Assembly: GCF_963921235.1 (NCBI RefSeq)
Contig: NC_086097.1
Coordinates: forward strand, 95,234,001 to 95,298,000
Length of the DNA: 64,000 nt
Source: Mobula hypostoma
Lineage: Eukaryota
Direction: 5' to 3'
The translations under genes and the position numbers were made by a program. Within the stretch, counting starts at the first letter, position 1; every line of letters starts with the position of its first letter. Shown here piece by piece: positions 1 to 11,744 of this stretch. The notes below the pieces were generated by a model, which saw nothing but the letters and a program-made list of their open reading frames with translations, did no database searches and was not told where the DNA came from.

Positions 1-429
1 AGCTTTTTTTTTGTCATTGACCCACAGCACGTTTAAGATATGTGAGGAAACCCACACAGTCAGAGAAAGAACAGGGATACTCTGTCCAGGCAAAAGGTGA
101 GGCCGGAATCTAAACCGGGTTCCTACAGCTCTGAGGCTGCTGCACAAACTGGGTAAGTAACTGACAGGAAAATTTTGGAGTGTTATTGTGAAAGAGCCAG
201 AGATCAGGAACTGAGCAATTAACTCTTTTAGACAGCCAGTTTAGATGCAGAGGGACAATTTTTTTGTGCATCCACAAAGCCCATCATTTAATACCCATCA
301 CTAAATGCCCTTGAATAGATGATGGTGGTGAAGGCAGAGTTCCAGGTGTTTGACACAGTGACAACAAAGCTATGAAAGTGCCTTTTGAAGTCAGGTATTA
401 CACTAATTCGACATTAATCCCACATTCCC

Positions 430-665
430 ATTCTCTCCAGTTTCTACTGCTTACTTACCCACGAGAAAAAATTTGCAGTGGGCATTAACCCCTAAAGGTG
501 CATATCTTTGAGGGCAAGAAAGGAAACTGGAGTACCCGGAGGAAAACTACACATTTACAGGGAGAATATGCAAATGTCACACAGACAGCATCTGAGATCA
601 GGGCTAAACCCGTGTCCCTGGAGTTGTGAGGCAGTGGCTATACTGGCTATGCCACTGTGCTGCCT
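430..665 (-). mobile_element. Degenerate tRNA-derived SINE (V-SINE/HE1-like)
   Basis: Reverse-strand SINE body motif GGAAACTGGAGTACCCGGAGGAAAAC...CAGGGAGAATATGCAAA, shared with the SINEs at 3200, 24997 and 63283; boundaries approximate. Confidence 0.6.
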
Positions 666-811
666 AATATGTTAACTACTCCTCCTTCTTCAAAAATTGT
701 CTGGCATTCCAAGTATTTCCTTACTTTATGTTTGTATTTCAGACTTCCAATACACACAATATTTCACATTTATTTTAATTCAGGACATTCTTTTGTTACT
801 TAAAGAAAAGA

Positions 812-1115
812 TCTAAAGCTTAGCTTCATTGCAATATACAGTGAAATGCATTATTTGCATCAACAGTCCAGGGATATGCTGGGCAACAGCCCTCAAGTGT
901 CAGCATGCTTCCAGTGCCAATGTCGCATGCCCACAATTTACTGACCCTAACTCATACACTTATGGAATGTGGGAGGAAACCAGAGCACCCAGAGAAAATG
1001 CACGCGGTAATGAGGAGAATGTACAAATTCTTACAGACATCAATGGGAAATGAACTCCAATCTTCCAATTGCTAGGACAGTAAAGTGTTATGCTAACGGC
1101 TAAGCTACTATGTCA
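812..1115 (-). mobile_element. V-SINE-like element with Rex1/Babar-type 3' tail
   Basis: Colinear with 63283-63617 (CAGTGAAATGC...GCATGCCCACAA...CCCTAAC...GGGAGGAAAC). Confidence 0.6.
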
Positions 1116-1393
1116 TCTCACAGTACATCAAATTGGAACATGAAATAGATATTAAGTTCTACGTACTGCAGAAGGCTATGAAATTTTAAAATCCAGTTTG
1201 AACTTTTTACATTATATACCAAGTGACTGACAAATTGCCCCCTCTGGCCCATAAAAAACTGTCCTACACTTTTACTGTCATATATTATGTATTATAACAT
1301 ACAGTATTCCCTCTCCACCTCACTCATAACCACCTGACATCTAATTTTTCGGGAGAAGTAAAAAACTGGAATTGAAATCCAGGTCAACTTAGT

Positions 1394-1414
1394 GGGGATT
1401 CCCCGGGAGATTCC
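1394..1414 (+). promoter_or_regulatory. Two abutting NF-kappaB consensus sites (candidate only)
   Basis: GGGGATTCCCC (1394-1404) directly followed by GGGAGATTCC (1405-1414); motif match only. Confidence 0.25.
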
Positions 1415-3199
1415 TCCACAGAGGCACAACACAGTCTTGCAGGCAAAATATGCAGCTTAGCCATTCTGGGTGTCACCACAGACCACAATTAGTGAATCTT
1501 GCCAACAAGTCAGCTGCTCTATCCCCTGTACAATTGCAAGTGTCCAGCTGCTGACTCATTGTGCTGTCCCACAGTCCTGTCCCACAACCTGAGAATAAAC
1601 AAGACTCCAACAAGACACAAGATCCAACTTGCAAAAAAAAAATTGAAGAGGTTTCTTTAAGAAAACAAGTCTGCTTATTATAAGCAGACTTCGGCAAGTT
1701 TAGTCCCAGCTGCTTATGTGTTTGAAACAATTCCAAGAGATTTCTTATTTTAATTTTTGAACTTACCTCAGAAGAAATCATGTTTCAACGTGTGCTGATG
1801 TTTACACATTGGAGACTAGCTACTCAAGCTACTTTCTTAGGGGTTTTACTCTATTAACATTCCACTTGAGGTGATGGGATTTACACAGAAATATCTCATG
1901 CTAGCTAATTTTGCTCTCAGTTAAAGGGAATTAGCTACTATTTCTTCCTCTTTGGTGGGTTATCAACCAACCACTTTTATGGTTGATTCACATACCCATT
2001 ACCTCTTAACTGAGATTTGTCGCTCGTCTATGAAAATGAAATGTTAACTTTCAATAACAAAGTCAATGTTAACTTTCAATAACATATCAAAGACACTCTA
2101 TAACATTGCACAGAATATATCTCAGCTTATGTTTCCTGGGCACCAAACATATACCAGACTATGTTTTACACCACATGTAATGCATCCAAGTCTGCTTTAA
2201 GAAATGCTTTTAACATGTCCCTGGCTATGTTTGATCCTGCATCTAATATATCCCAGACCACGTCCTGGTAATAACATGTGCTTGGGTGCCCATCTGTACA
2301 AAATAAATTCTCTCCTGCTCACCATCTAAATGTGCAGGGCTGCAGGCAGAACTGGACCCAAGAGGGGTATACCCATTTGCCAAGATTCAAGGGATACATT
2401 TGCTCCTGTCCTGCCTCCTACACCCTTCCTGTAAAATTCTCCAGGTTCTGGCTGACTGAATTACAGCAGCTTGTAAAAATCCTGCTGACACAACTCTCTT
2501 TGTCTGCTTTCCAAATAAAAAAAATCTCAAGGGCTTATCGCAGAGTAATAGAATTCTGCAAATGTTTCAAGTTCTGTTTCACCAATCTACAGTGCATGGT
2601 ATGCTCAGAGAAACGTCTAACGCCCGAGCAGCACCTTCCTTTCTGCAACAGGTCAAGCTTACACTTCCAGAACCAAATGAATAGCAGAGGTACAGGGATG
2701 GGGTGGGGGGGCGGGGTGGCACCAAAACCAGAAACAGAAACATTTCAGAGATTCAGGATTGATTTCTTTGCCCAGGCAGTGGTGAGAATGTTGAACTCAC
2801 TACCACATGACATGGTAGCTTTAAAGTAGTTAAGGAAAAACTGAAAGGAAGTGACTGGTTTGGACAAAATACCAGAAACCATTTGTACATCTTGCAGTTT
2901 CATCGTCTGCAGTAAGCATTTACTAAAGCACATCAAATCAGGTTGCTTAATATTTCAAACAGAGCACAGATAAATCTATAAAAAAGCTTCTGTAATTTTT
3001 GGGCATAGGTTATTCATAGAAGAAAGGTCAGGAGGCTTCAGCATGATCTAGAGGGTCAGAAGCCATACAGTGGCTAGATTTTTTCTTTGTAAGGATCTGG
3101 TGACACTAATGCCTCATTAGTCCTAAAGTAAAGCCAACTAGAACCTTAACACAAGAACCAAGAATGCAAGTTCCTTTTGCCACTTTTTTTTTTACATAT

Positions 3200-3800
3200 T
3201 ACAACTGCCTCTCAGTCCCAGGGTTTGATCCTGACTCTCCAGTGCTGTCTTTGTGGCGTTTGCATGCTCTCTCTTCGACCACGTGGGCTTCTCCTGGGTG
3301 TTCTGATTCCCTCCTACATCTTGAAGAGGCGCAGCATAGTAGATTAGTTGCTGACTGTAAACTGTTCCTAAATTGCAGCCTGAGTAATAGAATGTTGTGT
3401 TGGCGCGTGGCCAAGCGGTTAAGGCATTCATCTAGTGATCTGAAGGTCGCTAGTTCGAGTCTTGGCTGAGGCAGCGTGTTGTGACCTTGAGGAAGGTACT
3501 TAACCACACATTGCTCTGCGACGACACCGGTGCCAAGCTGCATGGGTCCTAATGCCCTTCCCTTGGACAACATCGGTGGCGTGGAGAGGGGGAACTTGCA
3601 GCATGGGCAACTGCCAGTGTTCCATACAACCTTGCCCAGGCCTGCGCCCTGGAAACCTTCCAAGGCGCAAATCCATGGTCTCATGAGACTAACGGATGCC
3701 TATAATAGAATGTAGAAAGGTTGGTGGGATTGTGAAGGGAATAAAATGGAATCAGTGTAAAATAGGTGTTTGTTGGGCCAAAGGTTCTGTTTTCATGCTC
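3200..3800 (+). mobile_element. V-SINE/HE1-like SINE split by a younger SINE
   Basis: Body TGTGGCGTTTGCATGCTCTC...GTGGGCTTCTCCTGGGTG (3200-3395) resumes at 3714 and ends in CR1-like tail TGGGCCAAAGGTTCTGTTTTCATGCT. Confidence 0.65.
3396..3702 (+). mobile_element. tRNA-derived CORE-SINE with RTE-like tail and 11-bp TSD
   Basis: A box TGGCCAAGCGG, B box GTTCGAGTC, CORE-like TGTGACCTTGAGGAAGGTACTTAACC; TSD TAATAGAATGT at 3385-3395 and 3703-3713. Confidence 0.85.
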
Positions 3801-4571
3801 CAACTAATTAATTCTACCTCTAGGTATGGTTCACACTTTCAGCACATCTCATGCACTATAACACGGTCATTGTTACTCTGGAAGTATAAGCAGCAGCTGC
3901 ACTGCACAAAGTGAGCTTCTACAAAGAACAATGAGATAACGGAAAGACTTTGAGCTTGAAACTAACACTTTTTCCTCTTCACAGGTGCTGACTGGCCTGC
4001 AGAGCATTTAGACCATTTACTTGCTTTACTTCAGACTTCCAGCAGTTGCAGTGTTGTCCTTCACCATGGAAAAAAATAACCTATTTACTTGTTTTCAAGA
4101 TATTGCCATGGCATCTTTTACAGCTACCTGATCGAGATGATAGATGCTCAATATCTCGTCAGATGAGGACTGCATCTTCAACAGTGCAACACTCTTTCTG
4201 CCTGGGATGGGTCTTAACACTGATTCAGAAGTGCTATCCAGGGATGTAATTGGACAGTACTTGCCACCCATGGACCCAACCCACCTAAACTCACCAAGGC
4301 CTAACATGGTCCAATTTCACGGACCTTCTGCGCTAATGAAGCAGACATCTAAGATGCAATGAGCTCTCAGCAGTGATTCAGCCTCACATGACATGGTATC
4401 ACATTAATGATCTTTGATTGAGGAAAGAAAAAGGAGAGGTTTATCTTCCGTCAATGCTGGAAGATTTTTAAAATAGGTTTTAAGTGTCTCTGATATTCAT
4501 TATGTGATGCATATAATTAATAAATAAATAGGATGAAATAAACATTCATAATGCAATAAAAGCTAAAGTAA

Positions 4572-5113
4572 GAGAAAATCTGCAGATGCTGGAAATCCGA
4601 GCAACACACACAAAATGCTGGAGGAACTCAGCAGGACGGGCAGCATCTATGGAATAGAGTACAGTCAATGCTTTAGGCCGACCCTTCATCAGGACTGGAG
4701 AAAGAAAGATGAGGAGTCAGGATTAGAAGGTGGTGGGGGGGGGGAGGGGAGAAAGAAACACAAGGTGATAGGTGAAGCTGGGGTGGGGTGTGACGTAAAG
4801 AGCTGGGAAGCTGATTGGTGAAAGAGATAACAGGCCGGAGAAGGTGGGGGGTGGATCTTATAGGAGAGGATAGAAGGCCATGAAAGAAAGAAAAGGGGGA
4901 GGAGCAGCAGAGGGGAGGTGATGCCCGGGTGAGGAGACAAGGTGAGAGAGGGAAAAGGGGATGGGGAATGGTGAAAAGGGGGGGGGGGGCTTACCTGAAG
5001 TTCGAGAAATTGATGTTCATGCCATCAGGCTGGAGGCTACCCAGATGGAATATAAGGTGTTGCTCATGCAACCTGTGTGTTACCTCATCGCAACAGTAGA
5101 AGAGGCCATCAAC
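4572..5113 (-). mobile_element. Penelope-like element 3' end (left arm of composite)
   Basis: PLE terminus TCTGCAGATGCTGGAAAT...AAAATGCTGGAGGAACTCAGC, purine-rich UTR on this strand, end of GIY-YIG region homologous to 49700-49795. Confidence 0.9.
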
Positions 5114-6045
5114 TGAAACTCTCAACTCTCTTAAATTCAGCAGTGTTGCTGTAAACAGGAGCATGTGCAATCCCCCTTCGCTTCCTGAAGTCAGTGACCA
5201 GCTCCATTTGGTATGTTGAAATTGAGGAAAAGATTGTTGTCATGACAACATGTCACTAGCTCTCTACCACCTTCCTGTATTCCAATCATTGTTATTTGAG
5301 ATATGACCCATACATTGATATCATCTGCAAACTTGTCGATGAAGTTAGAGCAAAATCTGGCCATGCAGTCGTGAGTGTCGAGACAGTAGAATAGGGGCTG
5401 AGGATACAGCCTTGTGGGCACTAGTGTTGAGGATAATCATGGTGGATGTCTTGCTGCCTACCCTTACTGTTTGCACTCTATGGGTCAGGAATCCACCATT
5501 AGTGTGGAAGTGAGTTTACTTGGAATTGTGGTATTGAAGATGGAGCTAGACTCAATAAATAGTGGTCTAACATGCGTGTCTTTACTGTCCAGAAGGTGCA
5601 GAGGTAAGTGAGGGGCAGGGAGATGGCCCCTGCTGTAAACCTGTTTCGGTGGTTGGTGAATTGCTGTTGGTCATGGTTGTCATGGAGGCCGCAGTTATTG
5701 TGCGCCATGATCAGTCTCTCAAAGTACTTCATGATGGTGGATGTCAGAGCCACTGGGCGGTAGTCATTAAGGAACTTAATAACTGCAGTACCATGATACC
5801 TAATGACTAACATTAAGTTGCCATGGTTGAAATCAGCAAGCTGAGTACAGACTGGGAATGAAGTTTTGGTCCTTCTGATCTTCACTGAGTCTGCAGTGGT
5901 ATAACCCACTGAACTTTAGTTTAGATGTAAACACCTCTTAATCTTTGCTGACACCTTTGGTGTGGTACTGCAGGAGGATGACAGTAGTCACCTCCTTATG
6001 ACTTACACTGAGACCCCTGTGCTCATTTTATAAGTGGTTGCAAAA
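5114..6045 (-). repeat. Inverted copy of ~7063-8019 (unique DNA plus Rex1/Babar fragment)
   Basis: Reverse complement match; ORFs 5499..5909(-) and 7201..7614(+) translate almost identically; ~22-nt deletion in this copy near 5503. Confidence 0.95.
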
Positions 6046-6049
6046 CGTA

Positions 6050-6498
6050 GTCATCAACATGTCAGTCGATAGCCTCCTCCACTGTCGCGATGAGGCCATA
6101 CTTAGGTTGGAGGAGTAACACCTTATATTCCATCTGGATAGCCTCCAACCTGATGTCACGAACATCGATTTCTCAAACTTCTGGTAATGGCCCCCCCCTC
6201 CACCACCCTCTCTCACTTCATCACCCGCCCATCAGCTCCCTTTCGTGCTCCTCCTTCTTTCTCCAACCCTGGACCCCTTTCACCAATCAACTTACTACCT
6301 CTTTACTTCCACCCCCCCCCACAGACCGGTTTCACCTATCACTTTGTGTTTCTCCCTTCCTCCTCCCACCTTCTAACCCTGACTCCTCATCTTTTTTCTC
6401 CAGTCCTGCTGCAGGGTCTCGGCCGAAAACGTCAACTATACTCTTTTCAATAGATGCTGCCTGCCCTGCTGAGTTCCTCCAGCACTTCGTGTGTGTTG
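6050..6498 (+). mobile_element. Penelope-like element 3' end (right arm of composite)
   Basis: GIY-YIG C-terminal coding remnant, CT-rich UTR, terminus GCTGCCTGCCCTGCTGAGTTCCTCCAGCAC...GTGTGTTG. Confidence 0.9.
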
Positions 6499-7337
6499 AC
6501 TGTACTAAAGTAAACATATTTAAAATTACACACGTTCTCTGTTTCCAGGTCCAGAGTCTCCAATGCAGGATTAGTGAGGTAAAATACGAAGTATTCTCAG
6601 CAAATCTGGACTCAACCACTGGAGCAAGCCTTGGACCTCAAGTAGGAATGGCTAAATGTCAGCAATTTCTCTTGGAAGCAATGGCTCTACTGACAATATT
6701 TGGCCCGAAGTGACTCTGAAACAGTTTGGATATCCCCAAGGATGTTATAGTAGATGAAAATCTTTTGACATACAGTCACGGTTAGTCTCTAGGTTAAAAA
6801 GGGCAGCCAATACGTGGTCGGCAAATTTACCCAGTGACCACTGAGAATATTCTTTTAGGAGATATACTTGCACATTCAAATGAAATGAAGTATGAGGAGA
6901 ACATGGGGAAATAGCACTGAGTTAGATCAGTCATGAATGCAGAGCAGATTCAAAGGGACAAATTTCCTATTTCCACACTTTCCTCCCATATTTCTTAATA
7001 ATTATCCTATTTTTAGCTGGGGAGAGCTTATTTTATTTCTTTAATATCCTTTAGTGAGATCCTTTGAAACCACTTGCAAAATGAGCACAGGGGCCTCAGT
7101 GTAAGTCATAAGGAGGTGACTATTGTCGTCCTCCTGCAGTACCACACCAAAGGTGTCAGCAAAGATTAAGAGGAGGTGTTTACATCTAAACTAAAGTTCA
7201 ATGGGTTATACCACTGCTGACTCAGTGAAGATCAGAAGGACCAAAACTTCATTCCCAGTCTGTACTCAGCTTGCTGATTTCAACCATGGCAACTTAATGT
7301 TAGTCGTTAGGTATCATGGTACTGCAGTTATTAAGTT

Positions 7338-8670
7338 CCTTAATGACTACCGCCCAGTGGCTCTGACATCCACCATCATGAAGTACTTTGAGAGACTGGT
7401 CATGGCGCATAATAACTCCAGCCTTCCTGACAACCATGACCAACAGCGATTCACCGACCCCCGAAACATGTCTACAGCAGGGGCCATCTCCCTGCCCCTC
7501 ATTTACCTCTGGACCTTCTGGACAGTAAAGACACCTATGTTAGACCACTATTTACTGAGTCTAGCTCCATCTTCAATACCACAATTCCAAGTAAACTCAC
7601 TTCCACATTCTTAGACCTGAAACTCAACACTAATGGTGGATTCCTGACCCATAGAGTGCAAACAGTAAGGGTAAGCAGCAAGACATCCACCATGATTATC
7701 CTCAACACTAGTGCCCACAAGGCTGTATCCTCAGCCCCTATTCTACTGTCTCGACACTCACGACTGCATGGCCAGATTTTGCTCTAACTTCATCGACAAG
7801 TTTGCAGATGATACCACTGTAGTGGGCCATATCTCAAATAACAATGATTGGAATACAGGAAGGTGGTAGAGAGCTAGTGACATGTTGTCATGACAACAAT
7901 CTTTTTCTCAATTTCAACATACCAAATGGAGCTGGTCACTGACTTCAGGAAGCGAAGGGGGAATGCACATGCTCCTGTTTACAGCAACACTGCTGAATTC
8001 AAGAGGCTTGAGAGCTTCACATTCCTAGGAGTGAACGTCACCAATAGTTTGTCCTGGTCCAACCGTATAGAAGCCATGACCAAAAAAATTCACCAGCGCC
8101 TCTACTTCCCCAGGAGGCTACAAAAATTTAGCATGTCCTCTGAACTTCACCAGTTTTTTATCAATGCTCCATAGCTTCCAAGCAGATGCAATACAACTTG
8201 GTATGGTAATTGCTCTATCCATGACTGCAAAAAGTTGTGGACACATGTCTCCTCTCCATGGACTCTGTGTACATTTCTGACTGCCTTAGTAAAGCAGCTG
8301 GCATAATCAAAGATCCCACCCACCCTAGATCTCCTCATTCTCCCTCCCATCAGGCAGAAGATACAAAAGCCTGAAATCACATATCATCAGGTTCATGGAC
8401 AGTTTCTACGCCACTATTAAAAGACTATTGAACAATCCTCTAGTACGAAAAATGCACTCGTGACCTCACAATCTACCTTGCCATGGCCTTGCACCTTCTG
8501 GCCTACCTGCACCACACTTCCTCTGTAACTCTAACACTTCAATCTATACTCTGCTATTGTTTTACCTTGTACTACTTCAATGAACTGCTGTCATACATTG
8601 ATCTATACGAAACGTGTACCGGACGAGTTTTTCACTGTACCTCGGTACATGTGACAATCATGAATCAATT
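7338..8670 (+). mobile_element. 5'-truncated decayed Rex1/Babar LINE (RT to 3' tail)
   Basis: NDYRPVALTSTIMKYFERL, KFADD, ELVTDFRK, FTFLGVNVTNSLSW; tail TTTCACTGTACCTCGGTACATGTGACAAT. Confidence 0.85.
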
Positions 8671-9039
8671 TACCATCTGCCAGCACAACAACTGACCATA
8701 GGTCCTCGGGCTGGAATGGAAGAGACCATGCCATCAGCAAAAAGTGACTTCCCTCACCTCATCTGATAATCTGCAACAGCACCCAAAGAGGGAAGACATT
8801 GCATTTACTGCAAGGGTTTGGAACACTAATCTCTCACGTGTGAAGACCTTCAGAGTTACTCACACCCAGTGGACAGAGTGCCAGTTTCACCTGACTGTTT
8901 ACACAGCTCTAACCTAAAAGACCAGCACATTCTTCCTCTCACTTGAGCAGAAGACACAGTACAGTTAATGGAGTATTCCAAATAGAAAAGGAAGTAAGCT
9001 ATTAAAGTATGCATAATTTCCCCCAGTGATTCCTTCTGC

Positions 9040-9342
9040 CTTACAAGGCACGAAACGAAAGACTGTGTGGTGCGCCACTCCTCACACAGACAGTAGGTGG
9101 CCGTTGACTCACAAGGAGTTCATCCGCCCTTTGACAGGTTTTACTTTTCTGTCCTGCTGGGTGCCTACACACCCTCCTCCCTGGTTAACCGAAGTGCACC
9201 AGGGGGTGTGCCGGCTGAGTCACCGACAACCCGACCCGAGACAGGTAGTACTGGGCTACGTGGTACCAGCAGCAAGGCAAGGCCCTGACCTGCCCAACGC
9301 CAGCCCCCTAGGCCTGAGTCGACATCATACTCCCACTCCCAG
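9040..9342 (-). mobile_element. CpG-rich short element resembling an RTE 5' leader or RTE-related SINE
   Basis: Minus strand has TACTACCTG and GGGCGGATGAAC...GTCAACGGCC motifs similar to the RTE leader at 26280-26421. Confidence 0.4.
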
Positions 9343-9394
9343 TAATTTCTCTCCTTAATGCATGAATATTCAAGCTGTTCTACATCCCCCAACT

Positions 9395-10812
9395 AAAGTT
9401 CTAAAGTTCAAAGTAAATTTATTATCTAAGTACATATATGTCACCCTGAGATTCCTTTCCTGTGAGCATATTCAGTAAATCCAAGAATAGAATCAATGAA
9501 AGACCGCACCCAACAAACAACCAAAGTGCAAAAGATAACAAACTGTGTTAATACAAAAGAAAAAAAGAAATAATAATGATAAAACATATAAGTAAAAAAT
9601 ATCGAGAACATGAGATGAAGAGTCCTTGAGAGTGAGTGCATAGGTTGAAGGAACAGTTCAGTGATGGGACAACTGAAGTTGAGTGAAGTTATCCTCACTG
9701 ATTCAAGAGCCTGATGGTTGAGGGATAATAACTGTTCCTGAACCTAGTGGCAAGGGTCCAAAGGCTCCTATACCTTCTTCCTGATGTCAGTAGCAAGAAG
9801 AAAGCATAGCCTATCTGGAGGGCATCCTTCGTGGTGAATGCTGCTCTCCTGCAACAGTGCTCCATGTAGATGTGCTCAATGGTGATGAGTGCTTTGCCCA
9901 TTGTGGACCAGGCCATATTCACCACTTTTTGTGGGATTTTCCATTCAAGGGCATTGGTGTTTCAATACCAGGCTGTGATGCAATCAGTCAATATACTCTC
10001 CACCAAACATCTATAGAAGTTTTTTAGATGTCATGCCAAATATTTGCAAACTTCTAAGGGAGTAGAGGTGCTGCCACGCCTTCTTTGTGATCGTACTTAC
10101 GTGCTGGGCCCAGGACAGATCCTCCAAAATGATTACACAAAGAAATCTTCAGTTGCTGATCCTCTTTATCTCTGAACCCTCCACAATGAGGACTGGCTCA
10201 TGAACCTCTGACTTTCTTCTTCTTAAGTCAATAATCAGCTCCTTGGCCTTGGTGACATTGAGTGAGAGGTTATTGTTGTAGCACCACTCAGCCAGATTTT
10301 CAGTCTCCTTTCTATATGCTTATTTGTCACCACCTTTAATTCAGCTAACAACAGTGGTATCATCAGCAAACTTAATTTGCTTTTGGAGCCTCATGGTCAT
10401 AAGTATAAAGCGAGTAGAGCAGGAGGCAAGCCCATGTCCTTGTTATGCACTTGTGCTGATGGAGATTGTGGAGGTGATGTTGTTGTTAATCTGAACTGAC
10501 TGGGGTCTGCAGGTGAGGAAATGGAGGATCTAATTGCACAAGGAGGTATTGAGGCCAAGGTTTTGAAGTTTATTTATTACTTCTGAGAAAATGAAAGTAT
10601 TGAATGCTGAGCTACAGTCAATAAAAAGGGTCCTGATGTAAGCATCTTTGCTGTACAGATAGTCTAGGACTGAGTGAAAAGCCAATGAAATGGCATCTGC
10701 TGTTGTACAGGTAGGCAAATTGTACAAATCCAAGTCACTTTACAGGCAGAAGTTGATATACTTTATTACCAACCTCTCAAAGCACTTCATCACAGTGAAT
10801 ATAAATGCTACT
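9395..10812 (-). mobile_element. Rex1/Babar LINE, 3' part (host of the Gypsy insertion)
   Basis: TADAISLAFH...FIDCSSAFNT (10530..10733), C-terminal SGRRYRSL...TRFRNSYYPSTIRLLN, tail at 9395-9425. Confidence 0.85.
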
Positions 10813-11554
10813 TGTCATGTGACCAGCAACAATAGAATTGAGTCAGGTTTTATAAACAAACATAAACACTTATTAAACTCTGCTCAACAATAGCAAAAAG
10901 TATTCAAACGACTAACTTAACTGGAAGTTAACTGCTATACGGCAACTCTGGAACAGTTCTTAAAGTGGTAAATTCGAACACAGTCTTTAAGTGGTAACTT
11001 CAAAAGTCCAAGTGATTTACACAGTCAATAAGGAGAGACTTCTCTGGAAATGGATTTCTTCGAAGACGTGACATTACTGCTGATTCTGTCCAAAGGATTC
11101 ACGATGAAGGAAATAAAATGGCTTCAAGGAACTGACCTTTTCCTGGCGAATGAACACTGCAAAAACCTTCCTGACTTACAGGGGTTATCTCAGATGCAGG
11201 CCATTGCTGAACAAAGATTCAATAAGGTCGATCGCCGAATGACACCGACTTTACTCAATCCTTCAGGTTAGTAAGATCTTCACTCTCCAATACTAGGCTT
11301 ACAAAAGAAAGTAAAACTCCACTTTAAAACGAAACTGCGTCATGAGACGAATACGCAGCATAACGGAGTAACTGACAAATTAAACAACGAATCAACTGCG
11401 TAACAACCTGTTGAGAAAATATCATCACGTGGCCTTACACTGGCGGGAAAATTACATCATCCCACCATCACAAGACTATTACATCATGCTCACAAGATAC
11501 TCAATTACATCATGGTCATAAGACAGTCACAAGATACCCACGAGGTATGTAACA
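10813..11554 (-). repeat. 3' LTR
   Basis: TGTCA...TAACA termini; direct repeat of 17014-17792. Confidence 0.95.
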
Positions 11555-11563
11555 CCTCTCTCC
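11555..11563 (-). other. Polypurine tract
   Basis: GGAGAGAGG on the minus strand abutting the 3' LTR. Confidence 0.8.
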
Positions 11564-11744
11564 AAAAAGGGAAAATTTTAGTCTTTTATGAGCAAAATTT
11601 TAACAACTGTTTACAAAAAAAATACAATTGTATAAAATATTCAACATACACAATATACACAGTATTATGATACAGAACCTTGCAAACTAATATACAGTAG
11701 GAGTGTTACAAATGTTAAAATACCACTCCATTTTCATTGTACTT

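Noticed and set aside
1473..1781. 102-aa minus-strand ORF in unique DNA
   Set aside because: No recognisable domain; length compatible with chance
3401..3475. tRNA gene
   Set aside because: A/B boxes are present, but it continues into a CORE domain and tail with a TSD, so it is a SINE head
6535..6713. Possible plus-strand coding exon after TTCTCTGTTTCCAG
   Set aside because: No recognisable protein in any frame and no partner exons
5499..7614. Duplicated 136/137-aa protein gene pair
   Set aside because: Chimeric ORFs running from unique DNA into a Rex1 RT fragment; similarity comes from the inverted duplication
11050..11271. ORF inside the LTR
   Set aside because: Indels relative to the other LTR break the frame; no recognisable product
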